In this document: positions 47,500-57,601 of the stretch, one piece after another
How positions within the stretch are numbered: position 1 is the first letter of the stretch
Layout of the letters: each line of letters starts with the position of its first letter
Virus record (IMG/VR): IMGVR_UViG_3300017917_004093
Span: 121-64,120 of that record
Length of the DNA stretch: 64,000 nt
Source of the DNA: a virus
Lineage: Duplodnaviria > Caudoviricetes
Reading direction: 5' to 3' (one strand)
The notes under the pieces: model-generated
What the model was told of the DNA's origin: nothing
What the model saw: only the letters and a program-made list of their open reading frames with translations
Databases searched by the model: none
Translations under genes and position numbers: made by a program

Positions 47500-50400
47500 T
47501 TATTTGGTCTGGAATGCCGAGGTTGGAGGAGTAAACGCTTCTGTGTATCTTGCAACACCGCTGGTAAATCTCACATCGGACAAATAACCAGACAAATAGT
47601 TGCCGTTGTTAACAGGGCCTGCGCCTCCCAGCGCCACAGTTGTCATTCCGGTGTTGGCAGCCAGGGTGACTGTGGTACTGGCTGACTGCACACCGTTTAT
47701 AAATATTCGCAATGTGGTCCCGCTGTAGGTTACAGCCACATGGCTCCATGCGCCCAAAGTCAGTGCACCAGCAGAAGTTAAGTTTGCGTTTACATTGTTA
47801 GAAACATAATATTGAAAAAATATTTTCCTGTCTGGATCCAATTGCATGAAGTATTGATAACCCGAACCAGCAGCCCAGCTATAGCCAGACCCACCAGCAG
47901 CTATCAAACAAGCGTAATTTCCAGCAGGTTGAGCAGTGGGGTATACCCACATTTCCATGGTCCAATTCTTGTTGGTTATGCTCATGGTTGGAGAGTACGG
48001 TGCAATAACATAGTCGCCTGCACCATCAAAGAGATAACTGGCTCCAAGATTATTTTGCCAAGGATCAACAGATGTTACTCTGATGTCTCCGTTTTTAGTT
48101 AATGTAAAATTGTTGGATGAGTTATCCTTAAATGAATTGCTCTGGCATGTCAACAAACTGGTGTTAGCAACCGCTGTCAACGGAGTTGTTGACGGAGTAA
48201 AGGTATCGGTATACAAAGCAGTTCCCTTGACAATACGAATGTTGCTTAACCATCCTAGATAAAAAGTATCAGATGCCACACTAAAGAATGCGTTGGCGCC
48301 AATAAACAATCCGCTACTGGAAATATTATCTGAGTTTCCAGCAGCAGATGTAGTTTGAGTTCCGTTTACAAACATTCTAAGTGTTGTGCCTGATCTTGTT
48401 ACTGCATAATGGTTCCACTGGTTAAATCTAGTAGATGTATCGGTGAGTATAGTGCCGCCGCTGGACAAAGTTCTAAATTGCATAGCCCCGGCGTTGTTTA
48501 TGCCCATCCACCAGTAAGAACCGTTGGTGCCTGCGGGACGCGAGTCTAATATCATTTTTCCGTTGGTGTTGGAAAATGTTGGGGTGTATGCCCAAAATTC
48601 AACAGTGAAGTCTCCGGTACCAAATGAAAATGCAGCATTGGCAGGTACAGTAAAATAGTCGCCTGTTCCGTCAAAGTAATTACTATAATAGCTACCAAAG
48701 TATGGTCCGTCATTGACTTCTTTGGCATCAGCGGCAGTTTCAAGATCAAACAACATTGTGCTGTTGGCAACTGCGCCGTCGCCACCCGGTAACAGGAGAG
48801 ATGTGTTGGCGATTGCTGTCAGCGGAAGTTCTGGTGGCACAAATGGTGCAGTGTATAGTGCAGTGCCTTTTATGACTCTAAAGTCAGAGATGTATCCACC
48901 AAATGCTTGTGTGCTGGCAGAACTGGGAAAGTTGGGGTACCATCCCACATACAATGGAAAGCTTAAATCGTTAATGGACAGTGCGTTGGTCACAGTGTTT
49001 GCTTGCACACCGTTCAAGTAAAGTCTCCAGACGTTACCAGTTCTCGTAACAGCCACATGATTCCAAGTGCTTGCACGGGGAGTGGCAGCGCCGGTCATTG
49101 ACACTGCCCAGGTGCCGTTGCCTGCATAAAAGCTCAGTGTGTTGTTGGTTTCAAATCCCAATATCCATCCGTTGGCATCTGTGGCACCAGGCTTGCTTGC
49201 AATGGCTTGATAACCTTTCAACGAGTTAGGCCAAATCCAGCACTCAATGGTAAAAGCACTGCTGCCCAATTCCAAAGTAGCACTGTCTGGAACAGTGTAG
49301 TAATCTCCGTTGCCGTCAAAATACATGCTGCCGCCAAACACAGATTTACTGTAAGATTGTTGCGTGGTAAAAGTTGGGGTAAAGGGATTAAAGACCACAG
49401 GTGTTGTGTTACCAGACACTGAAATTGTGTCAGCAAGAGTCGATGTGTCTGCAATGGTGTTTGTGTTTACCAACAAACTGGTGCCACTCACAGCAGTCAA
49501 AGGACTTGTGCTGGGAGTGAAAGTGCTGGTGTAAAGTGCAGTGCCTTTAACCACTCGTAGGTTTGACATATATCCATTGATATAAAACTGATTGTCTTTG
49601 TCTGTGCCAATTATGGGTCTATTGGCTGCGTTGGTGTAATCGTTGCCATCTGAATATGTGCTGCCTGATTGCACACCGTTGATAAAAAATCTAGTGGAGC
49701 CGCTGGATCTACATAATGCAACGTGATACCATGCCCCTGCAGCAATGGCACCATTTGCTGTTGCTGCTACTTCATTGGTTCCCACAATTAATGTTATTAC
49801 GCCACTATTGGGTTGATGAAAGAATGCAACCGAGTTGTTTTGAGATGCGGCGGGTCTGCTGTCATAAAAGAAACCGTAGCCGCCAATATTGTTAAGATAT
49901 GTCCAAAATTCAATGGTAAAATCGCCGGTGCCAAAGGCAAAATCAGTTTGATTACTGGTAATATTGTAACTGTCGCCGCTGCCGTCAAAGTAAACACTGT
50001 AAGCAGGGTTGGGGTTGGATGTTCCTGGTATGAGTCCGAATTTTTGAGTACCAACTGTACCTACCAAAGTAAAAGAAAAATTGTTTATGCTGCGGTCGAT
50101 GAACCGTGGGTCTTGTGCTGTGAGCAAAACTGTACCAGCCACAGGTTGCAATGGTGCTGTACTGGGAGTAAAATTACCTGTATATATTTGAGATCCTTTT
50201 ACAAATCTCACATTGCTCATATAACCTATGAACGGACTCAAGTAAGTATATGAGGTGCCATTGTAAAATGTTGTGCCCAGTGTGGCAAAAGGTGTGCCTG
50301 TGGTGTTGAATGGAAATGTGCCGGTCAATGTTGGATTGCTAAACTGATTGGTAATTTCAGTTCCGTTTACCCAGAATCGATTTGTAGAACCTGTGTATGT

Positions 50401-52260
50401 CCAAGCAATGTGAGTCCATGTGTTTCGAGCAATAGTAGTACTGCTGCTGTTGCTGATATAGCCGCCACCGTCCTTGATAATTTGCAATACACCATTTCCA
50501 TCTATTCCTAGAGCGTTGTATCTTTCCCCTGACCCCCAATGAATTGATATCAATATCGATCCGCCTTGTGGCAGTGCACCTGTAGAATATCCTGTGGGAT
50601 AAACCCAGCATTCAAATGTACCAGTTGAACCGTAAAGAACAAAACCACTGTTAGTTGGCGTTCTTACAGTGGGCAGAGTGGTTGTGGTACCTGAACCATC
50701 AAAATAGTAACTCCAATTTTCTCCGTAAGGTGAAAGTGTTCCACTGGTAGCATTGTTGGTCCTTGTGACCAAATGGTAATTGGTACTGGTATCAAGAATT
50801 GAGTTATTGTTTGGAGGTTGATTGGTTTGTAATGTCAACAGAACTGTATCGGCAGTTGCAGTCAACGGTGTTGTTGAGGGTGTAAAATTGGCTGTATATA
50901 CAGCCGTTCCTTTGACTATGCGAAGATTTGACACATAGCCTGTTAACAAATTTGCTGCTTGATCTGATCCACCGATTCTTCCAGCATTTCCCTGAGCTTC
51001 GATTGCGGTTGCTGAAGTAACTGTGGTGACCAATGTACCATTCAAAAATGTTCTAAATGAACTTCCACTTCTGGTAAGTGCCACATGATACCATTGATTT
51101 GCTACCACTGATCCAAATGTTGCACCGTTTAAAATGTCCCAGGATACACTTGCACTGGTTGCATATGCCTTGAGTGTGCCTGCTTCGTTTTGAATCAGCA
51201 CTGCAGGATAACTGGTTGTATCCAATGCAATTATTGGGGTTGTTCCGGAAACTGTTGAAAAATATACCCAAGCTTCAATTGTGAAGTTGGAAGTACCTAG
51301 ATTAAAAGCACCGCTTTGAGGAAATGTTATATAGTCACCGGTCCCATCAAAATATGCGCTGCCATATGTGCCAGGATTGGATGCAAAAGGAATTCTATTG
51401 GTAGGTCTTGTGTCGCCTACCACAGTAAGAGAAAAGTTATTGAGACTAGCATCAACGATGAATGGTTGAGCTGAGGGTGCTTCTCCACTTAGTAACATTG
51501 GTACATAAGCAATAAATGCATCACCAACCACAACTGTGTAGTTAATAATTTGTTGAGTCTGCTGCCCTTCCTGGTCTGTGGCTGTAACAGTAAAAGTGAC
51601 CACGGTGGTTTGCGTATACCCGGTAACAGTACCAGTAATCAGACCAGAGCTGGATAGCGAAAGTCCAGTGGGCAACGATCCAGCACCCAGTGAGTATGTC
51701 AGCGTACTGTCACCTGTGGCAACCAATTGAGTAGACACTGGTGAACCATTGTTAGAACTCAATGCTGATGTTGTCCAACTGGGTGCACCACTGTATCTAA
51801 CATTGGGTCCTAAAAATCCGGTGTTGGTGGGAGTAAAAATGGCCAGCGCAACGTTTCCCACATTACCTGCAGGAATTACAGCTCGTATTTGAGTTGTGCC
51901 TATGAATGTGTTTGAAACCAAGCTGTTGTTGACATACACGCTAGAGTTAGCAACAAATCCTGTGCCATTTATTAAAATATTTCCGCCGGCTGTGTTCACA
52001 GCAACTTGACCACTCACTGGCTGATTGTTGGCATCTAGATATTGAATGTTACCAATGGTTGGCCCGCTGGACACATTTACTGCACTGTTGGCACTGGTTT
52101 GTCCAGGTGTGACAACATCTAGAGTTATTGAGGTATTGGCTGAAACCACAGCACCAGCAACACCCAGAACACCCCCGCCGTTGTTGATGACAACCGCTTG
52201 TCCTGCAATGGCTGTGCTGGCCCGAGCTCGTCGAGAACTTGTTGATTTAATGCCGCCCAT
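47500..52260 (-). CDS. large virion protein with Ig-like domains and six LamG/ConA-like lectin domains
   Basis: six FDG.GDY / FTIE.W / W.HVA..R / GY.SN.R..KG units; LPTGLSLSSSGLITGT Ig motif. Confidence 0.85.
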   Translation of the reverse strand: MGGIKSTSSRRARASTAIAGQAVVINNGGGVLGVAGAVVSANTSITLDVVTPGQTSANSAVNVSSGPTIGNIQYLDANNQPVSGQVAVNTAGGNILINGTGFVANSSVYVNNSLVSNTFIGTTQIRAVIPAGNVGNVALAIFTPTNTGFLGPNVRYSGAPSWTTSALSSNNGSPVSTQLVATGDSTLTYSLGAGSLPTGLSLSSSGLITGTVTGYTQTTVVTFTVTATDQEGQQTQQIINYTVVVGDAFIAYVPMLLSGEAPSAQPFIVDASLNNFSLTVVGDTRPTNRIPFASNPGTYGSAYFDGTGDYITFPQSGAFNLGTSNFTIEAWVYFSTVSGTTPIIALDTTSYPAVLIQNEAGTLKAYATSASVSWDILNGATFGSVVANQWYHVALTRSGSSFRTFLNGTLVTTVTSATAIEAQGNAGRIGGSDQAANLLTGYVSNLRIVKGTAVYTANFTPSTTPLTATADTVLLTLQTNQPPNNNSILDTSTNYHLVTRTNNATSGTLSPYGENWSYYFDGSGTTTTLPTVRTPTNSGFVLYGSTGTFECWVYPTGYSTGALPQGGSILISIHWGSGERYNALGIDGNGVLQIIKDGGGYISNSSSTTIARNTWTHIAWTYTGSTNRFWVNGTEITNQFSNPTLTGTFPFNTTGTPFATLGTTFYNGTSYTYLSPFIGYMSNVRFVKGSQIYTGNFTPSTAPLQPVAGTVLLTAQDPRFIDRSINNFSFTLVGTVGTQKFGLIPGTSNPNPAYSVYFDGSGDSYNITSNQTDFAFGTGDFTIEFWTYLNNIGGYGFFYDSRPAASQNNSVAFFHQPNSGVITLIVGTNEVAATANGAIAAGAWYHVALCRSSGSTRFFINGVQSGSTYSDGNDYTNAANRPIIGTDKDNQFYINGYMSNLRVVKGTALYTSTFTPSTSPLTAVSGTSLLVNTNTIADTSTLADTISVSGNTTPVVFNPFTPTFTTQQSYSKSVFGGSMYFDGNGDYYTVPDSATLELGSSAFTIECWIWPNSLKGYQAIASKPGATDANGWILGFETNNTLSFYAGNGTWAVSMTGAATPRASTWNHVAVTRTGNVWRLYLNGVQANTVTNALSINDLSFPLYVGWYPNFPSSASTQAFGGYISDFRVIKGTALYTAPFVPPELPLTAIANTSLLLPGGDGAVANSTMLFDLETAADAKEVNDGPYFGSYYSNYFDGTGDYFTVPANAAFSFGTGDFTVEFWAYTPTFSNTNGKMILDSRPAGTNGSYWWMGINNAGAMQFRTLSSGGTILTDTSTRFNQWNHYAVTRSGTTLRMFVNGTQTTSAAGNSDNISSSGLFIGANAFFSVASDTFYLGWLSNIRIVKGTALYTDTFTPSTTPLTAVANTSLLTCQSNSFKDNSSNNFTLTKNGDIRVTSVDPWQNNLGASYLFDGAGDYVIAPYSPTMSITNKNWTMEMWVYPTAQPAGNYACLIAAGGSGYSWAAGSGYQYFMQLDPDRKIFFQYYVSNNVNANLTSAGALTLGAWSHVAVTYSGTTLRIFINGVQSASTTVTLAANTGMTTVALGGAGPVNNGNYLSGYLSDVRFTSGVARYTEAFTPPTSAFQTK

Positions 52261-52589
52261 TACCCAATCTCGCTTCCGAATACATTGACTGCCACTGAGG
52301 AACTCTGACAGTTGGCAGCAATTACATCTGTGTTGCCCAATGTGATGCCCAAAGTCAGTGTCAATGTATCGTTGCCAGGCAATGAAGTTTGATAGTTGAT
52401 ATATTGTTTGTTGGTAATAGCAGCGTTGGCCACTGCAACTACCAAACTAAATGTTGTGGCCACATTACTTAGGTTGCAAACTGCCACTGTACTGACCACT
52501 GCCTGTGTGTTGGCAGGCACTGTGTATGCGGTTGTCAGCACGTTTGCAGTTGGATTTATTTGACCTAAAACTTTGTATGTTGTTGCCAT
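52260..52589 (-). CDS. small virion structural protein
   Basis: YTVPANT..VVSTVAVCN..GITLGNTD..FGSE; resembles 59034..59348. Confidence 0.65.
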   Translation of the reverse strand: MATTYKVLGQINPTANVLTTAYTVPANTQAVVSTVAVCNLSNVATTFSLVVAVANAAITNKQYINYQTSLPGNDTLTLTLGITLGNTDVIAANCQSSSVAVNVFGSEIG

Positions 52590-52601
52590 GATATTCTCTT
52601 T

Positions 52602-53198
52602 TTATGCGCCCATCAACAAGAACGGACTCAGTTGATCAGTACCAGTGTTGACTGCATTTGCTGCCACAGCAGTAGACGACACATCAACCCAATAAAAGCT
52701 GGTACCATCAAATTGGTATTCATACAAAATGTCGGTGGATGTATTATACCATTGATCGCCTTTGTTGTTGCCTGTGGCCGGCGGACTGGTTGCAGCGGTA
52801 TAAACAAATCCTGATGCAACCTGTACAAAAACCAAAGCAGTTGTACCAATCACAATGGGATTGTTGGTGGTCAACTTCCATTGAGTATCAGCATAAGTTG
52901 TGCCTTCGGTGACCATGACAATGGTACCGGCTTCAAGTTCTCCTGTGGTATCTGTGTCAACTGATCTTGCCCAGGTACCGTTTGAACCTGATCCAACTGT
53001 GGTCACATAGTAGATTCCATTTTGAGAACCAGTAGACTGCCCTGTGACCAAAACACGATCATTAACACTAAGATTTACACCGTCAACAGAGTTTGGAGCA
53101 CCGCCCGACAGAGTGACATTGGTGGTAGTAACCACTCGCGTGGCCTGTTTGTAATCAATGTCGTAGATCTGATAGGCACGTGGTTTGGTTAACGCCAT
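52602..53198 (-). CDS. tail-fibre-related protein
   Basis: DRVLV.GQ...QNGIY..WARS.D module and GDQWYNT..LY module. Confidence 0.7.
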   Translation of the reverse strand: MALTKPRAYQIYDIDYKQATRVVTTTNVTLSGGAPNSVDGVNLSVNDRVLVTGQSTGSQNGIYYVTTVGSGSNGTWARSVDTDTTGELEAGTIVMVTEGTTYADTQWKLTTNNPIVIGTTALVFVQVASGFVYTAATSPPATGNNKGDQWYNTSTDILYEYQFDGTSFYWVDVSSTAVAANAVNTGTDQLSPFLLMGA

Positions 53199-53220
53199 AT
53201 TACAACTTTTCTTTAGTTAT

Positions 53221-56200
53221 TTACATGCGTCCCACAACCACCTCAATGATGCTGTCTCCACTGATGTTGTCTTGCAAAGCTTTACCAATCACTGTGCCCA
53301 ATGCTGGTGTAGCACAGGCTATGGCTCGTCCGTCACCTGCACTGACCATCATGTCGCCTTTGGCCACTGGTCCTGACACCTTGGTTGGCACACGACCTGT
53401 TAGAGCAACTGTTGCTACATGCTCTGCATTGAGAACTGCATTCATGATATAGCTGGGATTGGTCGAAACCACACCAGCAACTCTGCGGTCATTTCTAACT
53501 GCAGACAGTGTGACTTCGTTGGCGCCACCAAAACTCAACACAGTTCCTGGTTCATATGCAGCATCAGCCACATAGTTTTCTGCCAAGTCAGCGTATTGGG
53601 CTGATGTTGCTTTGGCATGCACTGTATTGAAATATGTTGTGGCGCTGCCAATATTGGCTACACCATTGCTGCCAGTAGACACAATGTTGCCCGATACTGC
53701 CAATACCCCAGTTATGTTGGCTCCACCACTGTAGACCAATGCAATTGTTGAACCACCAACGTTGGCTCTGATATTACCGCCCGATGCAATTACAGACACA
53801 CTGCTGGTACCATTGGCAATGGTAGTTGTATCAACGTTGGTGCTGTCAATGGTAGCTGGTGTTGTTCCATCTGCTGCGTAGAATGCCACAGTGTTGCCTG
53901 TGACGTTCTTCATGATAATGTTGCCTATATACAAGCTGTTGCCAGACAGGTATAGATCTTTCCAACGTGCTGTAGAGTTACCCAAACTGTAAGTAACGTT
54001 GGCGGTGGGGTTTAGGTTGCCTGTGATTTCCACAATGGCTTGAGTAGCATTTGTTCCTACGATTGCATTTCCTGGACTGTTGCTGATAGAAGTGACCGAT
54101 GTGGTAGTTGTCACGGTTCTAACATCAATAAGATCACCAGACTGGGGAGCTTCTGTGAATGTCAATGTGGTAGTGGTAACAGAATACGCCAAAGTTGGTA
54201 TCTGTATCACACCGTTGATGCTCACAATCACAGAGTTGGTTGTTGCTGCGGTGGCCAGTGTAAATGCCACTGTGGACCCATCTCCGTTAAACTGTTGATC
54301 GCTGATCACAGTAAATGAGGGTGTACCCACTGTAGCCCATGCACTATTGTCATAAACTTCAACAGCATTCAATGACGAGTTGAAACGCAACATACCAGTT
54401 ACCCCAACTCCTGGACGTTGTGGTGTAGTTCCCACTGGCATCAAGAATGAGTTGGTAGCATTCATTGCCACAATGGCATTGGTAGTCTGCGTTGAGCTAC
54501 CAAAACTGACTGTTCTGGTTCCTGCATCAACATAAAACACGTTGCCTGCGCCGCTGCCATCTACTGCAAAGTCAACATCAGCATCAATTTGGTTAATGGT
54601 GATTCTAGCAGCATTTGAATTGATGTTGCTGCCATTGAGTATCAGCCCGTTGCTGCCACCAGTGTTCAAATTTGCACCAGTGATGTTGCCCGACATGACC
54701 ACTGCTGTACCAACTACAGATGTTGTGTTCACATTGCCACCAGTGATATTGCCTGTGGCGCTGATCAATCCACTGGTCAGTATGTTACCACCAGTGATGT
54801 TGGCTGCTGAGGTGATATTACCTGTAGAACTAATCAGTCCACCTGTGAGCAAGTTCCCACCACTGATGTTTGCAGCACTTGTAATGTTACCAGTAGAGCT
54901 GATCAATCCGCCAGTGAGTATGTTACCACCTGTGACGTTACCAGTTACGCTTACTACAGAACCAATATGACTAGCTGCTGAAACTGTGGTTGTGGCCAAC
55001 AAATTGCCACCTGCAACGTTGGCAGCACTTGTAATGTTACCAGTAGAGCTAATTAGTCCGCTGGTCAGTATGTTACCACCAGTGATATTGGCTGCAGAAG
55101 TAATGTTGCCAGTTGAACTTACTAGTCCACCTGTGAGCAAGTTACCACCTGAAATATTGGCTGCAGAAGTAATGTTGCCAGTTGAGCTGATCAATCCACC
55201 TGTCAATATATTACCGCCTGTGACATTGCCACTAACACTTACTACAGAACCAATGTGACTTGCTGCTGATACTATGCCAGATGTCAACAAGTTTCCGCCA
55301 CTGATATTGGCAACACTGGTAATGTTGCCAGTAGAGCTTACAATACCACCTGTGAGCAAGTTACCGCCAGACACATTACCGCTAATGTTTGCCCCCTGTC
55401 CGGTCAAGTTGCCTGTGACACTTAGGCTTGTACCGGTGGCAGCACCAATGTTGGGTGTTGTCAAGTTTGCACTGGCTTTGACAATGATATTGCCGCCAAC
55501 ATCAAATGCTGTGGTATTGTTGTCAACTTTGGCACTAAACACTGTGCCAGTCAATGAAATACCAGCTTGAGTGTTGGCTGAGTATACTTGACTTGAACTA
55601 AACTGAGCAAACTGAATATTGCTGGTGCCAAAGGTAATTGTACCGCTGGGACTGTCAACAATCCAAGCACTGCCTGCATTAACATTACCACTTTGAACAA
55701 AGAAGTAATCGTTGATACTAAATTGTTCTGAGCTGTTGGGACCATATTCGTCAGCGTCTGTGGTACGAACAAGTGCTGTAGCGTTGGCCCAGTAATAGAT
55801 GCCGTTGAGTACTCCGTTGGCCTGGTTCTTGACCAACACACGAGTGTTGGCTGTTTGAATGTTGGCAGTGTCAATTAGGTTAAATGTTCCTCCTGCCACT
55901 GTGAGTGTGGCACCCACACCGTTGCCAGCACCATTGGGTTGTGAATAGGTAATTGTACCGCCTGTGGCAGTTTCCAGTGTACCTGTGGTCGCTGCAAACA
56001 CAGCTTGGTGATATGCCACCTGTGTTGTGACCATGTTATCAACATAAAGTTTTGTGGCAGCATCTTGGTCTTGAACTGGTTGAGCCAAGTTATTGATGTT
56101 TTTGCTGCTGACGCTGACGTTGCTGCTGGGAGCCAGTGTAATCAAGCCGCCAGTTGAACTGACAGTTACAGTTGTGCCGATCACGGTTGGTGTTACTACC

Positions 56201-57537
56201 GCGGTAGTGGCCACTAAATTGCCGCCCAAAACGTTTGCTGTACTTCTAATATTTCCAGTTGCAGTTACAAGTCCACTTGTTATTAAGTTGGCACCTGTGA
56301 TGTTGCCCGCTGCTGACATGGTTGTGCCAGCTTCCACTCTACCAGTGGCAAGAACTGCTCCAGCATTGATAAAATTGGTCACATCAACGTTGCCGCCTGG
56401 AACATTAACGTTACCAGCTACCACGTTGCCTGTGGCGCTGACAGTGGCACCTTGAACTAGTGCAGTAGAAATTATGTTGCCGCTGCTGATGTTGGCCGCA
56501 GAAGTGATATTACCAGTGGAGCTGATCAAACCGCCTGTGAGTAGGTTGCCGCCTGTGATATTAGAGGCAGCACTGATCAAACCACCTGTGAGCAAATTAC
56601 CACCTGTCACATTGGCAGTTACTGATACTACGGAACCAATATAACTTGCAGCAGATGCAATGCCAGATGTCAGCAAGTTGCCACCTGTAATGTTGGCAGC
56701 TGATGTAATGTTGCCAGTTGAACTAACTAGTCCACCAGTGAGCAAATTGCCACCAGAAATGTTGGCAGCTGATACAATGTTACCGCTTGCAGAAACTATG
56801 CCACTTACATATACTCCAGTGCTAGCAAATGTTACTACATTCGATGTTCCTGCAACTGTGACCCCAATATTACCGTTGGTAGCTGCTGCAATGTTTGATG
56901 TACCTGCTGTGACCGGGAATCCAGATGTGCTGGCAGTGACGCCAGTCAACTGACTACCGTTACCAAAATAGTAGTTTGCAGTAATGTTACCAGCAGCCGA
57001 TACTTGACCGTTGGTGAGAATGTTGCCAGCTGCAATGTTGGCTGTAACATTAGCAGTTCCAATTATGTTACCAACAAAACTACTGGTTCCGTTGACCACC
57101 ATGTTGCCGCCAATGTTGGCGTTGCCGGTGTGGAAACTGGTGTAACTAGCTATGCTGACTGTGGTATTGGTTTCGCCTGTGGTTGTAAAAGCTGTGATAA
57201 ATTCGCTGGCACTTTCGTCCCAGACAAAAGCAATGTTTTCACTGGTTCCGCGTTGTCCAATAAAACCAATGTCAACTGTGGGAACTCCAGTTTGTCCTGA
57301 TGCCAGCAAGATCACAGGATCTTCAACTGTGGTATAAGTGGTATCAATTGCAGTGGTATTGCCCTGGACTGTGAGGTTGCCGGCCACGGTCAAATCAGAT
57401 CCATATACCAAATTGTTGGCAATTTTTTGCGAAGTGACGCTGTAGTTTTGCAGTTTTACAGCAGCATTGATGCCTACATAAACGTTTCCAGCACTTGCAT
57501 CAGAAATCTGATTGTTATTAATTCGTGTTACAGCCAT
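53221..57537 (-). CDS. long fibre-like virion protein with G/N/T/S repeats and C-terminal chaperone (peptidase G2-like) domain
   Basis: 1438 aa; two repeat blocks; QDAATKLYVD; RVLVKNQ..NGIY; AQYADLAENY tail. Confidence 0.8.
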   Translation of the reverse strand: MAVTRINNNQISDASAGNVYVGINAAVKLQNYSVTSQKIANNLVYGSDLTVAGNLTVQGNTTAIDTTYTTVEDPVILLASGQTGVPTVDIGFIGQRGTSENIAFVWDESASEFITAFTTTGETNTTVSIASYTSFHTGNANIGGNMVVNGTSSFVGNIIGTANVTANIAAGNILTNGQVSAAGNITANYYFGNGSQLTGVTASTSGFPVTAGTSNIAAATNGNIGVTVAGTSNVVTFASTGVYVSGIVSASGNIVSAANISGGNLLTGGLVSSTGNITSAANITGGNLLTSGIASAASYIGSVVSVTANVTGGNLLTGGLISAASNITGGNLLTGGLISSTGNITSAANISSGNIISTALVQGATVSATGNVVAGNVNVPGGNVDVTNFINAGAVLATGRVEAGTTMSAAGNITGANLITSGLVTATGNIRSTANVLGGNLVATTAVVTPTVIGTTVTVSSTGGLITLAPSSNVSVSSKNINNLAQPVQDQDAATKLYVDNMVTTQVAYHQAVFAATTGTLETATGGTITYSQPNGAGNGVGATLTVAGGTFNLIDTANIQTANTRVLVKNQANGVLNGIYYWANATALVRTTDADEYGPNSSEQFSINDYFFVQSGNVNAGSAWIVDSPSGTITFGTSNIQFAQFSSSQVYSANTQAGISLTGTVFSAKVDNNTTAFDVGGNIIVKASANLTTPNIGAATGTSLSVTGNLTGQGANISGNVSGGNLLTGGIVSSTGNITSVANISGGNLLTSGIVSAASHIGSVVSVSGNVTGGNILTGGLISSTGNITSAANISGGNLLTGGLVSSTGNITSAANITGGNILTSGLISSTGNITSAANVAGGNLLATTTVSAASHIGSVVSVTGNVTGGNILTGGLISSTGNITSAANISGGNLLTGGLISSTGNITSAANITGGNILTSGLISATGNITGGNVNTTSVVGTAVVMSGNITGANLNTGGSNGLILNGSNINSNAARITINQIDADVDFAVDGSGAGNVFYVDAGTRTVSFGSSTQTTNAIVAMNATNSFLMPVGTTPQRPGVGVTGMLRFNSSLNAVEVYDNSAWATVGTPSFTVISDQQFNGDGSTVAFTLATAATTNSVIVSINGVIQIPTLAYSVTTTTLTFTEAPQSGDLIDVRTVTTTTSVTSISNSPGNAIVGTNATQAIVEITGNLNPTANVTYSLGNSTARWKDLYLSGNSLYIGNIIMKNVTGNTVAFYAADGTTPATIDSTNVDTTTIANGTSSVSVIASGGNIRANVGGSTIALVYSGGANITGVLAVSGNIVSTGSNGVANIGSATTYFNTVHAKATSAQYADLAENYVADAAYEPGTVLSFGGANEVTLSAVRNDRRVAGVVSTNPSYIMNAVLNAEHVATVALTGRVPTKVSGPVAKGDMMVSAGDGRAIACATPALGTVIGKALQDNISGDSIIEVVVGRM
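54740..55390 (-). repeat. degenerate ~23 aa (~69 bp) coding tandem repeats
   Basis: successive GGN(L/I)LTGGL(I/V)SSTGNITSAANI(S/T) units; further copies near 56460-56790 and 47100-47340. Confidence 0.85.
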
Positions 57538-57545
57538 GGTTCACC

Positions 57546-57582
57546 CCAATCTCCAAACTAGTATGGTATTTATGGAGATTGG
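57546..57582 (-). promoter_or_regulatory. hairpin with late promoter in the loop and GGAG in the downstream arm
   Basis: CCAATCTCCA / TGGAGATTGG 10 bp inverted repeat; TAAATA at 57572-57567. Confidence 0.6.
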
Positions 57583-57601
57583 ATCTCATAGAACTATGGG
57601 G

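Noticed and set aside
46001-53660. Similar C-terminal regions of two fibre genes as a DGR template/variable pair
   Set aside because: Both copies are coding, the differences I compared are mostly synonymous third positions rather than adenine-specific, and there is no reverse transcriptase in the window
54740-56790. Periodic repeats as a CRISPR array
   Set aside because: Degenerate in-frame coding repeats with no unique spacers and no cas genes
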